A stretch of DNA of 64,000 bases from Promethearchaeota archaeon (GCA_016840165.1 JAEOSU010000051.1:32001-96000); one strand, 5' to 3'. Shown: positions 30,318-40,092, numbered from the stretch's first letter. Notes: generated from the sequence alone by a model not told the origin. A program made the numbers and translations.

Positions 30318-31916
30318 TTAAGTTATACTCGTAGATTTTCTATCATATTCTTCTTTCTGTGCAGAATTTATCCCTTTCTTCTCTAATTGGTTGAAAAACA
30401 TCCCAACTCGTTCTTCAAACCCGAGATAATCCTTCTTATTCTTTTGTGTCCAACCGATCTCTGTTATCGCGAACAACCGTGGAAATAATTGCCATTCTAA
30501 CTTCTCGCGTGTTTTAATCAATTCTGTCCATACACATGCCTCAATTCCAACAATATTTTTATGATAATCATCCAATAAAACCTCTGGAATTGGATCATAT
30601 TGATAAACATTTTTCAATGAATTAGCCTTATATGAGTGGTTCAAATAGGTATGATTGATTTCAGAAATAATAACTTTTCTTCCTCTTCTCAGTTCATTGA
30701 GAATTTCCTCATGAGAGGCATTCCAATATTGACAATATACCTCTTTATTTAGGCTTTTATCAATGGTTTCATTCCAACTCACAACTTTCTTGCCATGAGC
30801 TATAAGAAAATCCGAGATTCTATTCGTAAAATAAAGTTGAAGTCCATCAACATTTTCAATCTTTTCTTGAGCTATCCTAGCTTGACAATCAGGACATCTT
30901 TTCCATCGACTTCTTGGAGCCTCATCGCCACCAATATGTATATATTCTGAAGGAAATAAATCGATAACCTCGCTTAAGATACCTTTGATATATTCGAAGG
31001 TTAGTTCTTTCCCGATACATAATACGTCTCTATAAATGCCAAATTGAGTTCCCACTTCAAATGGTCCTCCAGTACAACTTAATTCAGGATAAGATGCAAG
31101 TAAAGCCATAGTGTGCCCTGGAAGATCGATTTCTGGAATCACTGTGATATATCTCTGAGCAGCATAATCGATAATCTCCTTAATCTCCTCTTGTCTATAG
31201 TATCCTATTACAGGAATTCCGTCATTTTCAGTATTAGCGAAACTAGAATTTACAAACAATTTGCTTTTGGCCACAGCAGTTCCTTTTCTTTTCGATCCAA
31301 CTTCAATAAGTTTTGGATATCTCTTAATATCTATTCTCCATCCTTGATCATCGGTTAAATGCCAATGAAAAGTATTTAGTTTCAGTAATGCCATTATATC
31401 AAGGATACTTTTAACAATTTCTTTTCCAAAAAAGTGTCGTGCCTCATCTAACATAAATCCGCGCCACTGAAATCTTGGCACATCCTTAATTTCTACGCAG
31501 TTAAGCTTTAAAAAGACTTCTTCATTTTTATTGAACGCTGGATCCTTTTGAGAAATTAATTGGATGATAGTCTGAATTCCATAGAAAATGCCATTCTCAG
31601 TTGGTGAAATGAGTTCAATTTTATCTTCATTAATAGTTAAATGATATGCTTGAGGATTTTCATCCCCTAACCCACCAAGTTGTAAGATAATACAATTGTT
31701 CTTTTCTTTAGTGCTTTCAGAAGCAAAAATATTTAGATCTAAGTTATGGTTATCGTTAAGGAAATTGTTGAGATAGATGGCTAATGATTTCAACTCTTCA
31801 CTACAAATTATGGTTGTTTCCCTACTTATTATAAAACTATTAGATTTATTGATAATAAAGTTAGGTTTAGGGATTAAAGTATGTAAAATAGGTTTATTAA
31901 TTTTATGTTCTTCCAA
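30318..31916 (-). CDS. Beta-N-acetylhexosaminidase, GH20
   Basis: DVPRFQWRGFMLDEARHF, HWHLTDDQGWR, PEIDLPGH, HIGGDE (catalytic), WTE; no signal peptide. Confidence 0.95.
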   Translation of the reverse strand: MEEHKINKPILHTLIPKPNFIINKSNSFIISRETTIICSEELKSLAIYLNNFLNDNHNLDLNIFASESTKEKNNCIILQLGGLGDENPQAYHLTINEDKIELISPTENGIFYGIQTIIQLISQKDPAFNKNEEVFLKLNCVEIKDVPRFQWRGFMLDEARHFFGKEIVKSILDIMALLKLNTFHWHLTDDQGWRIDIKRYPKLIEVGSKRKGTAVAKSKLFVNSSFANTENDGIPVIGYYRQEEIKEIIDYAAQRYITVIPEIDLPGHTMALLASYPELSCTGGPFEVGTQFGIYRDVLCIGKELTFEYIKGILSEVIDLFPSEYIHIGGDEAPRSRWKRCPDCQARIAQEKIENVDGLQLYFTNRISDFLIAHGKKVVSWNETIDKSLNKEVYCQYWNASHEEILNELRRGRKVIISEINHTYLNHSYKANSLKNVYQYDPIPEVLLDDYHKNIVGIEACVWTELIKTREKLEWQLFPRLFAITEIGWTQKNKKDYLGFEERVGMFFNQLEKKGINSAQKEEYDRKSTSIT

Positions 31917-32019
31917 ATATTATCCCCATTATAATAAAATTTATTCATCTAAGTTAGAAAAACTCTTAAAAAATATAAGGGTAATTTAAACTATAGATTC
32001 ATAAACTAATCTGCTAAGT

Positions 32020-32517
32020 GTGATGTATATGGAAGATTCAAAACTCTCAGATATTGATAGTGTAGATTTAGAGATATTAAAAATCTTGAGCGAAGATGGT
32101 CGAACTGTATTTAATAAAATCGCCGATGAACTTAACAAATCTCCAGTCACTATTAAAAAGCATGTTCTAGACCTTGAAGAAAAAGGTCTTATAGAAGGAT
32201 ATGGGGCAAAAGTAAGTTTCGATAAGTTAGGGTATAATTTAATCGCATTCATTGAAATTACCATATCAAAAGGGAAAATGTTTGAAGTGGAGGAAAAAAT
32301 CGCTCGCAATCCCAATGTATTCGGAGTGTATGACATTACTGGTACCTACGATGCTCTCATCATGGGTCGTTTCAAATCAAGGATGCAACTTAGCAATATG
32401 ATTAAGGATATTCATAAATCTCCCTATGTAGAGAGAACTAATACCCATATTATTCTGAATGTGATTAAAGAAGGAACAAGCTTAAAAGAAATACTTGAAA
32501 ATGAAAACCTTGATTAG
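32020..32517 (+). CDS. Lrp/AsnC family transcriptional regulator
   Basis: DSVDLEILKILSEDGR…HTH…LEEKGLIEGY; VYDITGTYD. Confidence 0.93.
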   Translation: MMYMEDSKLSDIDSVDLEILKILSEDGRTVFNKIADELNKSPVTIKKHVLDLEEKGLIEGYGAKVSFDKLGYNLIAFIEITISKGKMFEVEEKIARNPNVFGVYDITGTYDALIMGRFKSRMQLSNMIKDIHKSPYVERTNTHIILNVIKEGTSLKEILENENLD

Positions 32518-32549
32518 ATAATCTTGAATTAGAAATCTTGAATTCAAAA

Positions 32550-32843
32550 CTATTTTAAGCTATCAAGCAATCCTAGAAAATTTGAATACGGAATAGCAGT
32601 CCAACTCTCCGCAAACATGGCACCTGCAGCACGTGATAATAATGAAACTTTTGCCGCTTCTTCTTCGTTTTTAGCCTCAAAAATATCAAGAAAATCATAT
32701 GGACCCAATATAGCATAGTGAGCAATCCATTTAATATTCGGTACTTTTTCTTTTACCGTATGTAGCCATTTTTCTCCTTGTTCCTTTCTTCTATCAACTA
32801 AATCAGGATTTTGTAATTTAGTTGCTAATATATAAATTGGCAT
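32550..32843 (-). CDS. GYD-domain protein
   Basis: MPIYILATKL…YAILGPYDFLDIFEAKNEEEAAK…ESWTAI. Confidence 0.88.
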   Translation of the reverse strand: MPIYILATKLQNPDLVDRRKEQGEKWLHTVKEKVPNIKWIAHYAILGPYDFLDIFEAKNEEEAAKVSLLSRAAGAMFAESWTAIPYSNFLGLLDSLK

Positions 32844-32975
32844 AAGAAATAATATTCTAAATAAAAATAAATAATTTTTTCCAACCCAATTTGAAATAAT
32901 TGTTAAATATTCAAATTTCTTAAAAAATAATTATTCTAATTTATTTAGAAATCCAATTAATTTAGAAGTGATTGT

Positions 32976-34565
32976 ATGAAATCACATATATTTCAAGGAT
33001 TATGCTTATTTTTCGTGATTTTTAATTTGACAATGGTTATACAAGGTAATTACTTTTATTCAACGAATATACCAGAAGATCAAATGGCTCTAGAGACTTC
33101 TCAATCTAATCCTCAAATTGAATGGAGTCCAAATGGCACAGTAATATGCTCAGAAATTAATTCACAAGGACCTATAGGGTTATGTAGTGATAATTTAGGC
33201 AACACAATAATAGTGTGGGGTGATAGAAGGAACCCATATTTAGATATATATGCTCAAAAAGTTAATTCAAATGGAGTTTCATTATGGGATATTAATGGTA
33301 CTGTAATCTGTGATTACAATGATAGTCAAGGATATATAAAGATGTGTTGCGATGGTTTAGGCGGGGCGATAGTTGTATGGGTCGATGAGAGAGATGATAT
33401 GGGTGATATCTATGCTCAGCGGGTTGATAGTAATGGAGTGCTATTATGGGATATTAATGGAACAATAATAAGCAATGAAAATAATTACCAATCTGATCCA
33501 GAACTTTGTAGCGATGGTAGCGGTGGCGCTATTATATCTTGGAGTGATGATAGAAATGGAGATCAAGATATTTATGCTCAACATATTAACGCAACTGGAA
33601 ATACTCTATGGGATAATAATGGCACAGCGATATGTAATTTGGCTGAATATCAAGGAGAGTCTGTTATTTGCTCAGATGATGCTGGAGGAGCAATTATTGC
33701 ATGGGTAGATGGGAGAGATACTTTATACGATATTTTTGCTCAAAGAATAACAGGAAATGGCAATATCTTGTGGCCAGAAAATGGTACTGGAATCTGCACT
33801 TCCCAACCTAGAGGAAAAAGTTATTTAGTAATGTCTAGCGATGGTTTCGGTGGAGCCATTATTGCTTGGCAAGATAATAGAGATATTCTATTAACTGGTA
33901 CAGACATCTATGCCGAAAGAATTAACGAGAATGGAGTTTCTCAATGGCACTATGATGGTAAAGCTATTTGTACAATTTTACCCGATCAATATAGCCCTTA
34001 TCTTTGCGTCGATAATAGTGGAGGAGCAATAATTGCTTGGACAGATGGCAGAGGTGGTATGGTAACAGAGTATGAAATTTATGCCCAGAAATTAGATCCA
34101 AATGGTAATATTCAATGGGCTTCAAATGGCAAATGTGTTTGCAATGCATATTATGACCAATGGCTCTCAGGAATAATCAATGATGGAAAGGGCGGGGCAA
34201 TTCTAGCTTGGATTGATGACAGAAATGGAAATGAAGATCTTTATGCTCAAAGAATAAGTTCTGACGGCGATGCTCTCTGGCAGTCAAATGGTTCTGTTAT
34301 CTGTAATGTAGAAGATGATCAAGATGCTGCTTATTTAACAAATGATGGTAAAGGTGTAGCCATTATTACGTGGCGTGACGATAGAAATGATGTAGGTGAT
34401 GTATATGCTCAGCGTGTGCTATATTCTCCGACTTCGACTGGAGAGTCGAATGGCATCCCATTAGGAGATTGGTATCTAGCATTTATGTTCATAACCTGTT
34501 TAGCACTCATAATTATCAATCTACAAAGAAAAAAGAATGGTAACATTTTTAAAAATAAATCCTAA
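32976..34565 (+). CDS. Secreted repeat (probable beta-propeller) surface protein with C-terminal membrane anchor
   Basis: Signal peptide, eight repeats of about 54 aa, C-terminal IPLG+TM+RKK tail. Confidence 0.85.
   Translation: MKSHIFQGLCLFFVIFNLTMVIQGNYFYSTNIPEDQMALETSQSNPQIEWSPNGTVICSEINSQGPIGLCSDNLGNTIIVWGDRRNPYLDIYAQKVNSNGVSLWDINGTVICDYNDSQGYIKMCCDGLGGAIVVWVDERDDMGDIYAQRVDSNGVLLWDINGTIISNENNYQSDPELCSDGSGGAIISWSDDRNGDQDIYAQHINATGNTLWDNNGTAICNLAEYQGESVICSDDAGGAIIAWVDGRDTLYDIFAQRITGNGNILWPENGTGICTSQPRGKSYLVMSSDGFGGAIIAWQDNRDILLTGTDIYAERINENGVSQWHYDGKAICTILPDQYSPYLCVDNSGGAIIAWTDGRGGMVTEYEIYAQKLDPNGNIQWASNGKCVCNAYYDQWLSGIINDGKGGAILAWIDDRNGNEDLYAQRISSDGDALWQSNGSVICNVEDDQDAAYLTNDGKGVAIITWRDDRNDVGDVYAQRVLYSPTSTGESNGIPLGDWYLAFMFITCLALIIINLQRKKNGNIFKNKS
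33123..34418 (+). repeat. Eight tandem coding repeats of about 54 aa (W..NG..IC…Q…DG.GGAII.W.D.R….DIYAQR…G)
   Basis: Read directly from the translation. Confidence 0.9.
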
Positions 34566-34722
34566 TTTTTTTTTAATTTTTATTGATAAAAGCGTCAGTA
34601 ATTCAAGGATATTTAATTTATAAATTGCTCTTTATGCTCACTCTTTACCTTTATCACTAAATTTGTCGAGTGTTTCAATATAAATTCCCTCAATAAATTT
34701 AGTTTATTAAAAAAAGATAAGA

Positions 34723-34935
34723 GTGATTAAATTGAGTTTGAATTCAACCCTTGTTAAGAATCATGTTCTTTTCGAGTTTGAAGTCGACCTCTTCGAATTA
34801 TCCCAAGTATTCACTCCTTATTCTGAATTTTTCAAAGCTAGTGATGTAAAAGATATTTACTCGGGAGACGAGGCTATCTCTTTTGAGAGTAAGGATCCTG
34901 AGTTTAAACGGATTATGCTCCTTGAATTTCTTTAA
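34723..34935 (+). CDS. Small hypothetical protein
   Basis: 70-aa ORF filling an intergenic gap, followed by a T-rich tract; no motif. Confidence 0.4.
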   Translation: MIKLSLNSTLVKNHVLFEFEVDLFELSQVFTPYSEFFKASDVKDIYSGDEAISFESKDPEFKRIMLLEFL

Positions 34936-34998
34936 TTTCTCCTTCTTTTTTTAAATTAGATATATAACTACTAAATTTTTTACCCTATCTCTTTAGTA

Positions 34999-35397
34999 TT
35001 ATCGGTTTTTTCTGTAAACGAAGATATCTAATCCTATTAAGCAAATAAGAATAATGTTGGTTGCCCACACGACTGCAGTTGGATAGAGTACATAGGAAAA
35101 AGCTATAAAATTAATTAAAGAAAAACTTATAAAAACCATCGCAATTTGCCAAGCAATAATTAACTCAAGAAATAGCTTAATTTGAATTATATTATTTCTA
35201 TATGATACTACTAGGGAAAAAATAGCTAAAACAAGAAGAGTTCCCCCAAATGCTATTTAGTAGAGTCTGTTAAACCTAGGCATACTTAGAAGTTCTAATA
35301 ATATATCGAAAATACTGATATACAATATTGAAAGAATAAAAAATACTACTGCATCTAATATCATTACAATTTTCAAATTCTTAGGAATTTCTGTCAA
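34999..35397 (-). pseudogene. 4-TM membrane protein gene interrupted by one in-frame TAA (35257-35259)
   Basis: GGGGTGA SD + TTG; MTEIPKNLKIVMILDAVVFF…RFNRLY*IAFGGTLLVLAIFSL…DIFVYRKNR; 133 codons in one frame. Confidence 0.7.
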
Positions 35398-35961
35398 TAT
35401 ATTTCACCCCTCATAATTGATTAAAGGTTGGATTAATACTGAAATTGAATTCAATTGTATTTTTAAATATTTCCATAAATGTAAAAACATATCTGAATAT
35501 AGGAAAGGAAAATATAAACCTAATCAAATGAGTTCTGGTTACTAGTCCTATAAAGCTTAAAATGCATTTTGTACAAATTTTAATTTTAACAACCATTTTA
35601 GGTTATTTCTTTAGCTAATTGCGTATTAATATAATGAATTTTATTTCATTGTATACAAAAATATTTATTCTTTTTCAGTTTTTTCAAATAATGTAATTAT
35701 TCTTATATTTTTGTCGAAATGGCTAACAAAAAATTGAAAAGATTTCAAAAAAATCATAAGTTTTAAATATAATTATTGACTAATTTGAACGAAAAATACA
35801 TTTTTATTTTCTAACTAAAAAGATTTCAATTTTCCCCATATTTCTGGAAAAATATAACACAAAGAACTCTATAACCTAAAAATTTTTAAGTGACCTAAAT
35901 CATATACTATCTAATATAAAATAAATGGGAACTCACTCCCACAAAAATGTAAAAAGGTGAA

Positions 35962-36225
35962 TTGATGATGGTTTTTCAAAAGTTAAAAAGTAGTATAGAA
36001 GCGATAATCTCTCTGTCCGAGGAGAAGGTGCCACGCACGTTTGAACAAATGTGCTTGGATAAATTGAAGGAGATTGGAGTATCTTCGGCCGCGGAATGGG
36101 GTGCGGCGATGGGCTACATGCACAGATCGTCCCTCGCAAAAGTAATTCGAAGGATACTCGCAAAGAACCCTGAAAAGCTTAAGGTATACTATAACAGGAA
36201 ACCACGTCAATATGAAGCCTTATAA
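35962..36225 (+). CDS. Small putative winged-HTH DNA-binding protein
   Basis: LDKLKEIGVSSAAEWGAAMGY…SLAKVIRRI…KLKVYYNRKPRQYEA, a helix-helix-helix-wing pattern; first gene of the glutamate synthase operon. Confidence 0.6.
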   Translation: MMMVFQKLKSSIEAIISLSEEKVPRTFEQMCLDKLKEIGVSSAAEWGAAMGYMHRSSLAKVIRRILAKNPEKLKVYYNRKPRQYEAL

Positions 36226-36251
36226 TGAGGTATAATATTGGTGATTAGATC

Positions 36252-36593
36252 GTGTTAAGATGTCCTGTATGTGATGAAGTATACTCTTATGGCAGAATGA
36301 TAAGTCATCTATGTGGTGGCAAGACATTCTTTTTCGGGGCTATCATTAATGAAAGACCCCATAAGTATCAATGGAATTGCTACCCTCATCCAAAGACAAT
36401 TCTCAGTGATTCAATTCCGAGTACTCACAGCTTCCCAACACCTAGAGACGACAAAGAACCAAACAGACTTGGATTTCTTAGTGATGAAATAAGTTCTAAA
36501 GTATTATATCCTTGGAATTGTTGTATGAATCAAAATGATGCAACTTTCATGTTACATCTTACTATATCAGATAGACAATTAATATACGAATAA
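36252..36593 (+). CDS. Uncharacterised Cys protein with YxWNC motifs, upstream of glutamate synthase (paralog of 25012..25425)
   Basis: LRCPVCDEVYSY…ISHLC, YQWNC, KEP, YPWNC, C-terminus QLIYE. Confidence 0.78.
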   Translation: MLRCPVCDEVYSYGRMISHLCGGKTFFFGAIINERPHKYQWNCYPHPKTILSDSIPSTHSFPTPRDDKEPNRLGFLSDEISSKVLYPWNCCMNQNDATFMLHLTISDRQLIYE

Positions 36594-36596
36594 GAC

Positions 36597-38252
36597 TTGA
36601 TACATATGCCGAACCAATCGAGGTTAACTTATCAATCGAGTTTGATAGGATCCAAAACACGGGTTCACGATTCCTGCGAGTCGGGATTATGTCCAGTATG
36701 TATCGCAGATTGTCCTGTGTTTTGTGAAGTATCAAAAGCCGCTCTTAGAGGTCGTGAAACACTATATCCTCAGAGAGAATATTATGGAATATCTACTGCG
36801 GGCTCTCCGAAAGATTTTGGGCTTTCATATAGGGATTTTCAAATCCAATTTGAGGTCAGAGGTGCTCAAGGGATAAAACCGGATGAAGATCTGGTTATTT
36901 TTCCGAATGTTGATTTAAGTTGTTATTGGGGCAATATTTTACAAAATCTTCCAATAGTTATTGCTGGGTTAGGAAGTACTTATGTAGCCAAAAGGAACTG
37001 GGAAGGATTAGCAAAAGGAGCAGCTCTGGCAGGCGTGAGCATTACTGTAGGAGAAAACGTAGTTGGTATGGATCCAAAAGCGCAGTTTGCCAATCATGCT
37101 ATTTATCCGCGAGTAATCGATACTGTAGATATGAAATCACGAATCAAAACATATCGCGAATATTGGGATGGAATTCATGGAGATATTATTGTTCAGAAAA
37201 ACGTAGAAGACGGCCGTTTAGGTGTTTTTGATTATGTAACTTCGACCCTCGAAGTTAACTGCTTAGAGTTGAAATTTGGGCAAGGAGCGAAGGCTATAGG
37301 CGGTGAAGTTCGCCTTGAATCCTTAAAAAAGGCACAATTATTACATGAGAGAGGGTATTTAGTGATCCCTGATCCAACAGATCCATTGGTTATTGATCAA
37401 TGGAATGCGGGATTGATTCCCGATTTTGAACGGCATAGTAGAATAGGGTTATCTTCTACTGACGAAATATTGGATGAGATCGATGAAATTAAAGCAACTG
37501 GAGTAAGAAACATCTTTATTAAGACTGGTGCTTATAGACCAGCAGCAACGGCGTGGATATTACGCTTAGGAATAGAAGCAAAGGTGGATGGGATGACCTT
37601 TGACGGTGCAGGAGGTGGGACCGGAATGAGTCCCGTCAGCATGATGAATGAAGGGTCCATCCCAACACTATATTTGGAAGCTTTAGTTGTAGGGTGTTTA
37701 GATATGTTAAAGAAGAATCATCCGAATATAACCCCTCCAACCATTGCCATCGCAGGCGGTTTTGCAAACGAGACTCAAATGTTCAAAGCTCTTGCCATGG
37801 GTGCACCATATATCAAGTGTATCGCCATGGCAAGAGCCCCTTTAACGGCTGGAATGAAAGCGAAATATATTGGTGATATAATAAAAAACCATACTGCTAA
37901 TCGGTCCATATTGAAAAGCTTAGGCTTTCCGGAGAGTAAGGATCCTCTTACTTTAACTTTAAACGAAGCTTTTGTGGAATATGAGGAATTAAAGAGAATG
38001 ATAGGTGATAAGGTTCCTCCGAGTGCTGTTGGAGTTTATACCTATTTTATGAGTAAATTAGGTACTGGCTTGAGACAGTTATTAGCAGGTGTTCGTAAGT
38101 TCAATTTAGAGTTAATTACAAGGGATGATATAGCATATTTATCGCAAAGAGCTGGCGATGTATGTAATAAGTGGAATTTAGGAATTAAATCTCAAGAAGC
38201 GGTAGATTTTGAAGCTGTGAAAAAGGAGATTTATTCAGGAAATTATGATTAA
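36597..38252 (+). CDS. FMN-binding glutamate synthase family protein (no glutamine amidotransferase domain)
   Basis: N-terminal SGLCPVCIADCPVFCE, LGST, GENV, ELKFGQGAK, DGAGGGTGMSP, AGGF. Confidence 0.88.
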   Translation: MIHMPNQSRLTYQSSLIGSKTRVHDSCESGLCPVCIADCPVFCEVSKAALRGRETLYPQREYYGISTAGSPKDFGLSYRDFQIQFEVRGAQGIKPDEDLVIFPNVDLSCYWGNILQNLPIVIAGLGSTYVAKRNWEGLAKGAALAGVSITVGENVVGMDPKAQFANHAIYPRVIDTVDMKSRIKTYREYWDGIHGDIIVQKNVEDGRLGVFDYVTSTLEVNCLELKFGQGAKAIGGEVRLESLKKAQLLHERGYLVIPDPTDPLVIDQWNAGLIPDFERHSRIGLSSTDEILDEIDEIKATGVRNIFIKTGAYRPAATAWILRLGIEAKVDGMTFDGAGGGTGMSPVSMMNEGSIPTLYLEALVVGCLDMLKKNHPNITPPTIAIAGGFANETQMFKALAMGAPYIKCIAMARAPLTAGMKAKYIGDIIKNHTANRSILKSLGFPESKDPLTLTLNEAFVEYEELKRMIGDKVPPSAVGVYTYFMSKLGTGLRQLLAGVRKFNLELITRDDIAYLSQRAGDVCNKWNLGIKSQEAVDFEAVKKEIYSGNYD

Positions 38253-38280
38253 TTTTAATTAAAAAAATGTTATAAAAGTT

Positions 38281-40092
38281 TTACATTAAATTCTCTAACT
38301 CATCCACGAAAGCTTTATATTGCTTTATTCCAAGTTTCCAAAAGTCTGCTTTTGATATATCTAGCCCAACAAGTGCAGCTAATTCTTGAGGGGTTCTACT
38401 GCCCCCTGAATTCAATAATTGTTTAAATTTAGGAATAAATTCTTTTCCTTCTTGCTTATAGGTTTGATATAAAGCATAAACAAAAAGTTGAGCAAATACA
38501 TAGGGATAATTATAAAACCTAAAATTTGGTATGAAGTAATGCCCTTTCATGGTCCATTCCCAATCCATTTCTTCAAACCAATCTACAGAATCACCGTAAA
38601 TTTTATCCCTTCCGGCAGTCCAATACTTTGCGATGGTTTCTCCATTTAGATTGTCCCCTTTTTGTATTACCTTATATAAATCATGCTCAAAAAAATATCG
38701 GGCACTCACTTGGAAAGCAGCTTGGCCAGCATCATCTAGTACATGGGCAAGAATTGCCATTTTTTCTTCATTTGATTCAGATTTTTCAAGTAAAAGGTCT
38801 GTCATCAATAATTCTCCGAATGTAGAAGCGCATTCTGCTATGCAATAGCCTGGATGGAAATTCAAATAGCTCTGGTTCCGCGTAGCATAGTAATCATGAA
38901 TTGCATGTCCCATTTCATGAATTAAGGTATATACTTCTTTTAAGTTTCCCTTAAATGTTTCTAAGATATATGCAGATTTTCCTTTATACCAACCATCGCA
39001 ATAAGCTCCATTTCGCTTCCCCTTTCTTGAAGCGGCATCAATATGTTTTCGATCAACCATATCCTTTGCATATTCTACAAATTGCTCATCAAATCTTCCT
39101 AATGCCTCAAACATCAGAGATAGAGCCTCTTGCCAGCTATATTTTTTATGAGGCGCGTTTATTAAGGGAGCTACTACATCAGCACAGCTTAATTTAGGTA
39201 GGTTCAATAATTTTGCTTTCAATCTAAGATACCTCCTGTAAACTTTAACTCCTTCTTCCATGATTGCTTTCATCAGATTATCAATAACATCTTGAGTGAG
39301 ATCATTAACAATAAGACTGTCATGCATCGGATTATCATACTTTCTTCTTTCAGACATTTTCGTCCAATCTCCACATATATTTCGTAATGCTGTGGAGAAA
39401 ATTTCTTGGTTCTCTCCTAACAAACCATAAATCGCCTTATTTGCCGAGATTCTAGTATCTCTATCGGGATGAGAGAGGAGACTATTTGCGTCACCATAAG
39501 TTAATACTTGTTCTTTTCCCTCAACCATGACTTTATAATCTCTTGTGGTGAGCCAAATACTCTGTAATTTACTCCATTCTTTAACTCCAAATTGATCCTT
39601 TTCTAATATCAGTTTCTCCTCAGTTTCAGACAACTTATGAGGATACTCTCTCTTAAGGGTTTTTAAATAATGAAAATAATCTTTAAGAATTTCATCTTCA
39701 AGTAATTCTGGATTTTCATATACAAATTTTGCTATTTCTAAATCAAGAAATGCCATTTTTTTTGATGTTGAAGTGCTAAAGTTTTCAAATTTGTTTAATA
39801 ATGCTTTAGTTTTCGGCAAAAGCATATTAGCGTTAAATGAATTCCTTGCCAATAAACCTATCTCCTCTTTATCCATATAAAATTGTTCTATTTCTTCAAA
39901 AAGTTGTAATAAATCTTTGGCAGTAAAGTTTGGTTTTTTAATTTTACCCCGATATCTTTTTTCAAAATCATCGGCTCTCTTTGTTAAATGTTCCATATCA
40001 GAGGAAATTTTGGGGTCATCAATTCCACTATATAGCTCTGAAAAATCCCATGTGATTTCGGTATTTGACATAATAATCAAGAATTTAAACAT
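38281..40092 (-). CDS. pepF: Oligoendopeptidase F (peptidase M3B)
   Basis: WDFSELY, GKRNGAYC, TLIHEMGHAIH, AECASTFGE, HYF…FYNYPY. Confidence 0.93.
   Translation of the reverse strand: MFKFLIIMSNTEITWDFSELYSGIDDPKISSDMEHLTKRADDFEKRYRGKIKKPNFTAKDLLQLFEEIEQFYMDKEEIGLLARNSFNANMLLPKTKALLNKFENFSTSTSKKMAFLDLEIAKFVYENPELLEDEILKDYFHYLKTLKREYPHKLSETEEKLILEKDQFGVKEWSKLQSIWLTTRDYKVMVEGKEQVLTYGDANSLLSHPDRDTRISANKAIYGLLGENQEIFSTALRNICGDWTKMSERRKYDNPMHDSLIVNDLTQDVIDNLMKAIMEEGVKVYRRYLRLKAKLLNLPKLSCADVVAPLINAPHKKYSWQEALSLMFEALGRFDEQFVEYAKDMVDRKHIDAASRKGKRNGAYCDGWYKGKSAYILETFKGNLKEVYTLIHEMGHAIHDYYATRNQSYLNFHPGYCIAECASTFGELLMTDLLLEKSESNEEKMAILAHVLDDAGQAAFQVSARYFFEHDLYKVIQKGDNLNGETIAKYWTAGRDKIYGDSVDWFEEMDWEWTMKGHYFIPNFRFYNYPYVFAQLFVYALYQTYKQEGKEFIPKFKQLLNSGGSRTPQELAALVGLDISKADFWKLGIKQYKAFVDELENLM

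Noticed and set aside
33123-34418. Periodic DNA repeats considered as a CRISPR array or tandem DNA repeat
   Set aside because: The repeats are degenerate at DNA level, in frame and explained by protein repeats; no cas genes are present.
35411-35596. 61-aa minus ORF starting MVVKIKICTKC
   Set aside because: A single CxxC followed by unconvincing sequence; may be a decayed gene but cannot be supported.
35633-35650. Inverted repeat AATGAA-ttttat-TTCATT (ARG-box-like) upstream of the glutamate synthase operon
   Set aside because: No matching copy was found upstream of glnA, gdh or carA; expected by chance in AT-rich DNA.
36360-36525. TGGAATTG repeats (WNC codons) considered as NrpR-type DNA operators
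   Set aside because: No GGAA-N6-TTCC palindrome; the conservation is better explained at the protein level.
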